Virus record (IMG/VR): IMGVR_UViG_2788500332_000006
Span: 32,979-96,978 of that record
Reading direction: 5' to 3' (one strand)
DNA length: 64,000 nt
Origin: a virus
Lineage: Duplodnaviria > Caudoviricetes
The translations under genes were made by a program, and so were the position numbers. The notes beneath the pieces were generated by a model. That model worked only from the letters and a program-made list of their open reading frames with translations, was not told the origin of the DNA and made no database searches. Every line of letters begins with the position of its first letter. Within the stretch, counting starts at the first letter, position 1. Positions 53,478-61,303 of this stretch are shown in pieces.

Positions 53478-53870
53478 ATGCAGAAAGACACTCCACAAGC
53501 GATTGAAAACGCCAAAACGGCCAATAGAATCGCAAGGGATAAATGTATCCGCAAGCTATTCCTGCTTTCCTTGGCAGTCACGATTGTCGTTACAATCCTA
53601 CTGGGTTTTAAAGTACCCAATCAGGATTTCGGCTCTGCAAGGTATATCGGAAGTATGATTGGAAGCTTTATCGTTATATTCCTCTCTTCGTCCCTTTCCT
53701 TTGCAGTGGTCCGGTTAGCCCGGGACGCGTCCGTGCTGACGGCAGGGCTGGGAACCGGCGTTGTTATCGCGCTCTTGATGTCCGTCAACATGTACTATTC
53801 TGCTCTACATGACTTGGAAGAGCATTTTAGCGCGGCTCCAGTCGAAGATATCGAGTCGATGCAGCGTTGA
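53478..53870 (+). CDS. Three-TM membrane protein, paralogue D
   Basis: DKCIRKLFLLSL..YIGSMIG..FAVVRL..TAGLGTGV; ends EDxxSxQR like paralogue A. Confidence 0.8.
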   Translation: MQKDTPQAIENAKTANRIARDKCIRKLFLLSLAVTIVVTILLGFKVPNQDFGSARYIGSMIGSFIVIFLSSSLSFAVVRLARDASVLTAGLGTGVVIALLMSVNMYYSALHDLEEHFSAAPVEDIESMQR

Positions 53871-54236
53871 AGCCGGCTCGAAGATTGGGCATCCCGTCCA
53901 TCGGGAAGGATCAACGGGCGGCGCACACCAACCATCGGCATCGCCCGCCCGGCTAACGATCCGGTCGCTGACAATGCGTTTCGTTTAGCCCTTACGACCG
54001 CGTCCGTTACGGTCGCGTTGAACATGTCTGCGGACACTTCCGCTCGCTTCCTAACTAAGCCTTTTGAATATTTGGGTGAATTTCGTTTCTCACGCACCGT
54101 CGTCCGGAGGGGACCTCCGATGACTTTTTGTTTTGGCGTTCAATGCCTTCATCCGCCCATTTCGGCATGGCGGAGATAAATCAACGTAGCGCGTCTGAGA
54201 CATCACGCCCTGAGCCTTCATCGAGAAGCCCCGCCC

Positions 54237-54360
54237 TCACGCCCCCTGCGCCTGCCGGAACGCCTGATACTCCCGCGCCACCTCGCCGTCTGTCGGCTTG
54301 CGGTCAGGTCACGGTTAGGAATTGCCTGCGCGTGTCGTCTTCCCGCCGCTGCCTACCCTT
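54237..54360 (-). pseudogene. Fused relics: third copy of the ejection-gene 5' segment (KGRQRREDDTRRQFLTV) and second copy of the 55165-gene 3' end (RKPTDGEVAREYQAFRQAQGA*)
   Basis: Direct DNA similarity to ~51630-51680 and ~55165-55230. Confidence 0.85.
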
Positions 54361-54395
54361 ATCTTGCGTGACATCGAGCGATGATCGATTGCCAC

Positions 54396-54959
54396 CTACC
54401 CATTGCCAACGATTACCACCACCCCACGCTGTAGAAACTCCATCTGCAGTTTGACCGTTCCTATGAGCAGGATGCCAATGACGATCAGCAGGGTGTTTCC
54501 GGCCAGTCTCTGAAAGTCTAGTCCCTTTGGCTCCTGCGGTCGCTTGATAAGCAATGCCAAGTTGGCAATCGGAATGAACCCCAAAAACCAATAGGTGCGA
54601 TGGCCATAAGCATCCATGGCCCGGGCGGCGGATGCTAGTCCGAGCAAAATGCCCATCGCGACAAGGCAGCCATAGGTAGCCAGCACCCATAGCGGGAAAA
54701 AATTACTCTTCGGAAGAAAGAGTAAGGATACAAATATCAGTTTCAGGCTTACTAAGGCGAGCAGAAAGAATAATGATATTGCGAAAAAATAGCCGGCTCG
54801 ACCGAGCTTGAACTCTGGCTTTGCAAAATGCAGGACAGCCGCTGCGGAAATAAAAGGCACTCCGAAGATTGGGATAAGGAAGGAGCGGGAGAGAAAAAAT
54901 AAGGCCTTTGCGGCCAGCCAATATATAGGAGAGAGGATCGATTCCACCAGCAGGTCCAT
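54396..54959 (-). CDS. DUF805-like membrane protein, probably truncated
   Basis: LGRAGYF..SAARAMDAYG..WFLGFIPIANL; AT-rich. Confidence 0.65.
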   Translation of the reverse strand: MDLLVESILSPIYWLAAKALFFLSRSFLIPIFGVPFISAAAVLHFAKPEFKLGRAGYFFAISLFFLLALVSLKLIFVSLLFLPKSNFFPLWVLATYGCLVAMGILLGLASAARAMDAYGHRTYWFLGFIPIANLALLIKRPQEPKGLDFQRLAGNTLLIVIGILLIGTVKLQMEFLQRGVVVIVGNG

Positions 54960-55164
54960 AGCGGGATTCTACCATTAGCTGTATAAAGGCAACTTATACG
55001 AAAACAGCCTCCTTGCCCGCAATGGTCTTTTCTTTGAATGCACCGAATTCGCGCGTCCGCGTGCGCAACTGCCTGTTATCCTTGGCGACGAAGACCACGA
55101 CGAATGTCGCGGTGACCTCGCATTCCAAACCGCCAGCTTGCCGCCTTCGAAAGAGCGCCCGTCC

Positions 55165-57231
55165 TCACGCCCCCTGCGCCAGCCGGAATGCCTGATACTC
55201 TCGCGCCACCTCGCCATCGGTCGGCTGGCGGCCGAGTTCCTGTTGCAGTTGGCGGGCGATGCTGTCGCGAAGGTTGGGCGAGATGTCGCCAAATCGCACA
55301 GGCTTGCCGGCGCCGCTCTCCGCTGCCGGGCGCGGCGTGATGTAATAGCCAAGGATGTGCGGGTTGATCATCTTCTGGAAGTCGGCCGTCGTCGGCCTGG
55401 TCGAAGGGTTGGCCTTGCGGAAGGCGGCAAGGTCGTCGTAAAGCGCGTTCTGCACCTGGGCCAGCAGTTGGCGCTGTTCGGCGCTTTCCCCGCCGCCGGA
55501 ACCTATCGCGCCCGCCTCTTCCAGCCGTGTCTTCGCCAAGTCGAAGGCGCTGGCGAGCTCGGCGCCCTGGTCGCGCGCCTTGCGGCTGTCCTGGCCGATC
55601 GCCGATTGCGCCGCGGCGAGCGCCTTGAGATCGGATCCCTCGAGGCGGTCGCGATAGTCGTTGAGATCGAGCCGCGCGAAGTCCTCCGGCCGGCTGGCGG
55701 CGTAAAGATATATGTCGCGCAAGAGCACCTCGTCGGTGGCGAGCGGGCCGGCCAGCGTTTTCGCGGCATAGCTGCGCGCCGAGGCCACGGCATCGCTGCC
55801 CGCCCCCTGCCGGACACTGAACGGCACCTGGTCCGGCGCCACCCCGTCGCCGACCTGCCGCCACAGCTCGGCCTTGGCCGCCATCTGCTGCTGCAACTCC
55901 TGCTGGCTCTGCTGTTCAAGCGTGCCGAGGATCGCCTGCCGGGCAATGTCGCGGCGGCGCGGATCGGCAATCGCCGCGAGATGCTTGTCGATCTGCCCGG
56001 ACGACGGCGCCAGCGCCCGCGCGGTGACGCCGTCGGCGGCGGCCACCACCGAACCGCCCGCCCCGCCGACCGGCATGCGCAGGCCATAGCGTTCGGCATT
56101 GCGCCGCGCCCAGTCCTGCAACTGCAACGGAGCGACGGAAAGGCTTTCGCCTTTGTAAGTGAGATCGACCGTTCGCCCCGTGCCGTCCGCTTCGCTTTCC
56201 GGAAAGCGGATGCCAATGTCGTCGCGCAACTTCGGGGGGGCGTCGTCCATAAGGGCGGAAAGGTTGGTAGCGAAGTTGGAATCGAGGCGGAGCACCTTCC
56301 CTGCGTCGTCGCCCGTGATGCGGCCAAGCAGGAGAGCTCGCTCCGGCGTCGGCCCGGCACGCCCCGTGGCGTCGGCGCCTGCCTCCGCGAAAAGTGGTTT
56401 CCCGGCGTCGGCCGGCTTTCGCTTTCTCTCTGCGAAGGCGACGCCATCCTGCCATGTTGTTTTGTCGAGCGCCGCCTCGCCGACGGTGGCCTTCAGCCTG
56501 TTCTGGGCGTCGGTCAGCAGGAAGCCCTTCTGGCTTTCGATATCGGCGGCCGCGCCGATCGGATCGGTTTCGGCCTTTCTGACGATGCGGTCCTCGTACA
56601 CGCCGGAAATCAGCTCTGCCGACTGGTCGGCGAGATCATCGGCATGCAATCCTAGAAGACCGCCGATATTCTGAAGCTCCGTGAAACCGGCGATCACATC
56701 CAGCTTCTCGTCGTTGGTATCCCAGCTCGCCGCCGCATTTTCGCGGAAGGTATCGACGCGCGCTTTGCTGGTCTGCACCGTCCACACGCCGCGCTGCGTC
56801 ATGGCATGCCTGGAGGCTTCGTCCATCAGGTTGTTGATCGTGACGTTGCTGGCGTCCCAGTATTTTCTCTGCGCCAATGGCGACAGGCCGGCGGCCCCGT
56901 CTTTCGCCAGTTGCAACAGGCTCGCTTTGTATCCCTCCAGCCCCTCCACCGCTGCCCGGCCACTGGTGCCCATATAGCCGCTTTTGCCGTAGCTGAGTTC
57001 GCGCGCACCACCCATGAAGGTGTTGTTGCTGTCCTTGGCCTCGTTGGTGGCGTCGAGATCCTTCACCTCGGCCACCGCCTGCCCGATATCGATCAGCCCC
57101 CGCCCCACGCTGCCCAGCGCCTCGCCGATGCCGGAGCCGAACATCTCGCCGGTGGCGCGGGTGGTGTCGCGGAAATTGAGGCCGGGGTCGAGGCGAATGC
57201 CACGGTCTTCATAGGTCGGCACAACGGGCAT
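55165..57231 (-). CDS. Internal virion/ejection protein (T7 gp15 position)
   Basis: MPVVPTYE N-terminus, helical Ala/Gln-rich body, synteny; GAGGA RBS. Confidence 0.75.
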   Translation of the reverse strand: MPVVPTYEDRGIRLDPGLNFRDTTRATGEMFGSGIGEALGSVGRGLIDIGQAVAEVKDLDATNEAKDSNNTFMGGARELSYGKSGYMGTSGRAAVEGLEGYKASLLQLAKDGAAGLSPLAQRKYWDASNVTINNLMDEASRHAMTQRGVWTVQTSKARVDTFRENAAASWDTNDEKLDVIAGFTELQNIGGLLGLHADDLADQSAELISGVYEDRIVRKAETDPIGAAADIESQKGFLLTDAQNRLKATVGEAALDKTTWQDGVAFAERKRKPADAGKPLFAEAGADATGRAGPTPERALLLGRITGDDAGKVLRLDSNFATNLSALMDDAPPKLRDDIGIRFPESEADGTGRTVDLTYKGESLSVAPLQLQDWARRNAERYGLRMPVGGAGGSVVAAADGVTARALAPSSGQIDKHLAAIADPRRRDIARQAILGTLEQQSQQELQQQMAAKAELWRQVGDGVAPDQVPFSVRQGAGSDAVASARSYAAKTLAGPLATDEVLLRDIYLYAASRPEDFARLDLNDYRDRLEGSDLKALAAAQSAIGQDSRKARDQGAELASAFDLAKTRLEEAGAIGSGGGESAEQRQLLAQVQNALYDDLAAFRKANPSTRPTTADFQKMINPHILGYYITPRPAAESGAGKPVRFGDISPNLRDSIARQLQQELGRQPTDGEVAREYQAFRLAQGA

Positions 57232-57416
57232 CTTGTCCTCGCATCGCTTGCGCGCCAGGACGCCTTGGCGGTCCGGCGCTGTCGGCCCGACGCTAAGGAC
57301 TTGAGGTTTCCGTGGTGGTCTGGCCTCCCGATATCGAGCCGGCCGCGAAGATCCCGCTTTGCCGACTCCGCGAAATCGGCGATCATCGTCCGGACATCGG
57401 AAGCTTTGCACCGTTC

Positions 57417-58001
57417 ATGGAGCCTGCCTTGAGCACCGTCTTCTTCATCACCCATCCGGACGTGGTGGTCGATCCCGGCCGCCCGGTGCCGCGCTGGCAT
57501 CTGTCCGACAAGGGCATCGCGCGGATGAGGATTTTCGCCGGCACGCCGGACGCGCGGGCCGTGAGGTCGGTCTGGGCGAGCGACGAAACCAAGGCGATCG
57601 AGGCGGCCGGCATTCTGGCGGCGGCCCATGGCCTGCCGGTCGGCGTGCACCCCGGCCTGCACGAGAACGACCGCAGCGCCACCGGATTCCTGCCGCCCCC
57701 GGAGTTCGAGGAGGTCGCCAACCGGTTTTTCGAGAGGCCGGAAGAGTCCGTGAGGGGCTGGGAGCGCGCCGTCGACGCCCAGAACAGGGTGCGGGCCGCG
57801 TTCGACGCCATCATCGCCGAAAAGACCGCGGGAGACATCGCCATCGTCGGCCACGGCGGGGTCGGAACGTTGCTGCTCTGCCACCTGACCGGCGTTCCGA
57901 TCAGCCGCGACCACGACCAGCCGTTCCAGGGGCACTATTGGGCCTACGCGCCGGAAACGGCCACGCTTCTCCACCCCTGGCGCCCGATCGCGCCGAGGTA
58001 G
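57417..58001 (+). CDS. Histidine phosphatase (phosphoglycerate mutase) family protein
   Basis: FITHP..WHLSDKG..WASDETKA..LHENDR..IVGHGGVG; start 57417 or 57429. Confidence 0.85.
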   Translation: MEPALSTVFFITHPDVVVDPGRPVPRWHLSDKGIARMRIFAGTPDARAVRSVWASDETKAIEAAGILAAAHGLPVGVHPGLHENDRSATGFLPPPEFEEVANRFFERPEESVRGWERAVDAQNRVRAAFDAIIAEKTAGDIAIVGHGGVGTLLLCHLTGVPISRDHDQPFQGHYWAYAPETATLLHPWRPIAPR

Positions 58002-58200
58002 ACGGGCGGCTTGCCCTTCCATGACTTATCGGAATTGCCGCATAGCCATGGCTTATGCGCCATTCCCGATAACGCGGAATTATCGGCTTCCCAAGCCCCG
58101 CATCCGAGCGGGCGGCGGTCCCACCAGCGCCGGCAGTTTCACCGCCGGGCGCTCATCGTCGTTTCCCGGGCAGCCTTATGCCACCCGCTCGCCCTCTCGT

Positions 58201-58309
58201 CCCGAGGTCCTGCGCCTTCGCGCAGGATGACAACCTATAAGAGCAGCCGCGAGCGGCTACGCAATTGTTTCATATGTATATTTCTGTCATCCTGCGCGAA
58301 GGCGCAGGA
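58201..58309. repeat. Inverted pair of REP-like palindromes (GTCATCCTGCGCGAAGGCGCAGGA)
   Basis: 58208-58231 is the exact reverse complement of 58286-58309. Confidence 0.85.
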
Positions 58310-59365
58310 TGGATTCACGTTTGAAGCGCAACAGTGAGGAAGTCTTCGAATACCTCGGCTGGGGTCCTGTAGCCAAGGATCTTTCGTGGACAGTGGTTGT
58401 ATTGGTGCATGATGGCATCGACTTGGTCGGTGGGAATGGCTTGGAGATCTGTGGTGCTGGGCAGGCGGCGACGCATGCGGCCGATGGCGTTTTCGATGCC
58501 GCCCTTCTGCCAGGGCTTGTGAGGATCGCAGAAGTAGGTGAGCAAGCCGAGCTGTTCTGCGAGGCGATGATGGCGGGCGAATTCGCCACCATTGTCGAAG
58601 GTGACGGAGGCCCGCAGTGGCTTGGGCAGGGCTTTGAAGAAGGTGACGAGCTTCTGTGCGACGCCATCGGCGGTCTTGTCGGCGATCCTCTTGATGACGG
58701 TGTATCGGGACCGGCGCTCATGGACGATGAGCAGGGCCCGGTTGCGCTTGCCAAACAGCATGAGGTCAGCCTCCCAGTGTCCCGCGGCCTGCCGTGTGGC
58801 TACCTCGGCTGGACGCTCGCTGATGGAAATACGCTTTTTGATCAATTTGCTAAGGCTGCCGCCCGATCCCGTGAAGTGGCCCCGGCGATGTTTGCTGCGC
58901 GGCAAGAGGCGATACCAGGAGGGGTCGGGCTGGCGCGCCCGGTGATAGATGAAACGATAGATGGACTCGTGGCTGACGATCGTGCGACCTTGCTCGCGCG
59001 CCAGCCGGCCGGCGATCTGCTCGGGAGACTGTCCCATCGCAAGGCGTTCCTCGACGTAGGCTGCAAGGTCCGGTTGGCGTGCCAGCTTGAAGCGGGCATC
59101 CCATCGTCGTCGTCGCGCTGCCAGAGCGTGTGCCCGCTCACCATCGTAGAGCCCGGACCACGGCTTGGTCGTCTTGGCATTGCGTTTGAGCTCACGGCTG
59201 ATCGTCGATGCTGATCGATCAAGCCGCCTCGCTATGCTTCGCACCGATAGCCCTTCCCGGTGGAGAAGGTCGACCGTCATCCGCTCTCGCAACGAGAGCT
59301 GAGAGTAATGTTGTCCCATCGCAGCAACACCTTAGCAGGTGTTGCACTTCACACGTGAGTCTAGG
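58308..59365 (-). mobile_element. IS30-family insertion sequence
   Basis: IRs TGGATTCACGTTTGAAGCGCAACA (58310-58333) and rc TAGACTCACGTGTGAAGTGCAACA (59340-59363); ends uncertain by 1-2 bp. Confidence 0.9.
58315..59319 (-). CDS. IS30-family DDE transposase
   Basis: SIARRLDRSASTISRELKRN; SPEQIAGR; GHWEAD; TFDNGGEF; PWQKGGIEN; PRKILGYRTP. Confidence 0.95.
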   Translation of the reverse strand: MGQHYSQLSLRERMTVDLLHREGLSVRSIARRLDRSASTISRELKRNAKTTKPWSGLYDGERAHALAARRRRWDARFKLARQPDLAAYVEERLAMGQSPEQIAGRLAREQGRTIVSHESIYRFIYHRARQPDPSWYRLLPRSKHRRGHFTGSGGSLSKLIKKRISISERPAEVATRQAAGHWEADLMLFGKRNRALLIVHERRSRYTVIKRIADKTADGVAQKLVTFFKALPKPLRASVTFDNGGEFARHHRLAEQLGLLTYFCDPHKPWQKGGIENAIGRMRRRLPSTTDLQAIPTDQVDAIMHQYNHCPRKILGYRTPAEVFEDFLTVALQT

Positions 59366-59512
59366 CAGGACCTCGGGCAGAACGGAGCGAACGGCCGATA
59401 TAGGGTCTCGCCAGCAAACTCCACGAGCGAGCAACGCCGTATTCACCCCTATACCAAATAGGGTTGCATCAACGGGCGACTAAAGGATGATTGTTGAGCG
59501 TAGCGGCGAGAT

Positions 59513-59959
59513 TCAGTTCGGCGCTCTTCTCACGCACTTCACTTCGTCTGGTGACTTATACGGGATATCTGGGGTCTTTTGATCTGCCGTGCAAATTGGC
59601 TTTTCGACAAATGAATACCCTTTTGCCTGTAGACACCTCCTCACGAAGCGGAATCTTAATCCTTGATTGACGTCATAATTGTATGCTGAAGCCGGGATGT
59701 TGACGCCGCCGAAGGTGTTGCATGCAACAAAGCCCCCAACATTATTGCACTGGACGGTGGGTGGGCTAGAATATCCTGGATTGATTTGCGTGGCGATGTT
59801 CTGTGGGATTTCCTTAAACGAAGCGATCTCACACATATCAACATCTCTCTGTCTTTCAGCCCCCAACGTGCCTGGCTTAAAGATAATGGTAGCAGGCCCG
59901 GTTTGGCAGGACACAAGGAAAAGACCAGCCAAAGCCGGGATAAAAAACACCGCACGCAT
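59513..59959 (-). CDS. Cys-rich lipoprotein (moron-like)
   Basis: Lipobox LVSC; several further Cys; AT-rich. Confidence 0.75.
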   Translation of the reverse strand: MRAVFFIPALAGLFLVSCQTGPATIIFKPGTLGAERQRDVDMCEIASFKEIPQNIATQINPGYSSPPTVQCNNVGGFVACNTFGGVNIPASAYNYDVNQGLRFRFVRRCLQAKGYSFVEKPICTADQKTPDIPYKSPDEVKCVRRAPN

Positions 59960-60054
59960 GATTGCCCCTTGAAGCCTATCAACCCCGCGCAACCATAGCG
60001 CAGCGCCGGGGCGTGGTCACTAGCACTTCGCCCCTCTGACGCTGCGCGGCATTT

Positions 60055-60258
60055 CAAACTGCCCGCCCATATCCCAAGCCATCCGGCCCGTGCCTTGGCC
60101 TGCTCAGCCGCATAACGTCACGTGCTGTACTTAGGCCAGTCGATCGCGGAGCCGTTGGCGACCAGCCACATGTCACCGGTTGCGCGGGTGTTGTCGCGGA
60201 AGTTCAGGCCGGGGTCGAGCCGGACGCCTCGTTGATCATAGGTCGGAACGACGGGCAT
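60055..60258 (-). pseudogene. Chimeric relic: 30 codons of the gp15-like 5' end fused to a thermonuclease C-terminal fragment with an in-frame stop
   Basis: MPVVPTYDQRGVRLDPGLNFRDNTRATGDM|WLVANGSAIDWPKYST*RYAAEQAKARAGWLGIWAG. Confidence 0.8.
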
Positions 60259-60267
60259 TCAGATCCT

Positions 60268-60843
60268 TTACTGGTACCAAGCTTCACCGTAAATATTGCC
60301 GATGCCGTAGTTCTTACTAGTGCCTGAGCCGGTCAGGATCGATCCCATCTTCACCGCGTTCGAATACGCCCCGCCAAACCCACTGGCCATCGAGCCGAAT
60401 GCGCCGAGTATCCCCGCCGTGCGGCTGTTCTTCGCCTGCATGTCGTAGAGGGCGCTCTGATTGTGGTAGCTGACGGCCTGGTTGCGCACGTCGTCGTAAT
60501 TCCGATAGGCGTTGGTGCGGATGGTCAGGGCATCGATGGCGCCTTGCTTGGCCGTATCCACCATCAGGTCGAGCGGCGTGCCGAACGTCGTGTCGACGCC
60601 GTTGGCGGCCATGGCGGCCTGCTGCTTGGCCATCAGTTGGCTCGTCATCGCCTTCTGCTTCTGCTCCTCGCGCGTGCCGGCGTCGAGCACGTTCTTCGCC
60701 TGCCGGTCGGCGAGCTGGGCGTTCTGCCGCTGCACTTCGGCGTTGTATTTGGCGGCCTGAGACTGAGCATTGGCGCTGGCGATCTGGCCGGCTCCGCTCA
60801 GGAGCGTGCCGCCGATCATCAGCGCGGTTCCCAATTCACACAT
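60268..60843 (-). CDS. Small internal virion/ejection protein (T7 gp14-like)
   Basis: MCELGTALM hydrophobic N-terminus, QQAAMAANGV..GTPLD, synteny. Confidence 0.8.
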   Translation of the reverse strand: MCELGTALMIGGTLLSGAGQIASANAQSQAAKYNAEVQRQNAQLADRQAKNVLDAGTREEQKQKAMTSQLMAKQQAAMAANGVDTTFGTPLDLMVDTAKQGAIDALTIRTNAYRNYDDVRNQAVSYHNQSALYDMQAKNSRTAGILGAFGSMASGFGGAYSNAVKMGSILTGSGTSKNYGIGNIYGEAWYQ

Positions 60844-61303
60844 CGCGGCGCCTCCTCAATTCGAACAGAACAAACGGGTGACCATGGATATCGATGTCGC
60901 CGAGAAACGCGGCGCCCAGCCAGCCGAGCCAGCGGATCGACGCGGCGTTGTCCCGGTCCACCACGTTGCGCAGCACCTCGTGGCGGGTGAACAGGCCGGG
61001 GAGCCCCTCGGCCGTCGCCCTCAGGAACCAGCGCCAGTTTCGGGTGATGGCGTCCGTGCCCAGGAGCCAAACGCCGCCGATGCCGGCGAGAACGTTGAGG
61101 TCGCCGACGCCGTACATGATCTCCGGCCGCCCATCGATCAGCACGGTGAAGGCGGTCGAGTTGTCCATCGACCGGCGCAGCGCTGCCACCGGCCCGAGCC
61201 GGCCCGACCGCCACACCTCCGCCACGTCGGCCGCCCGCATCCGCCTCGCGATCGATCGGCAGTGCTTGCCGCGCGCCGGCACGATTTCCACCTCAACGGC
61301 CAA
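60836..61303 (-). CDS. T7 gp13-like GNAT-fold protein
   Basis: MRAADVAEV..VWLLGT..LRNVVDRDNAASIRWLGWLG. Confidence 0.8.
   Translation of the reverse strand: MAVEVEIVPARGKHCRSIARRMRAADVAEVWRSGRLGPVAALRRSMDNSTAFTVLIDGRPEIMYGVGDLNVLAGIGGVWLLGTDAITRNWRWFLRATAEGLPGLFTRHEVLRNVVDRDNAASIRWLGWLGAAFLGDIDIHGHPFVLFELRRRRDV

Noticed and set aside
58309-59214. 301-aa + strand ORF in the IS
   Set aside because: Antisense to the IS30 transposase, which carries all family motifs.
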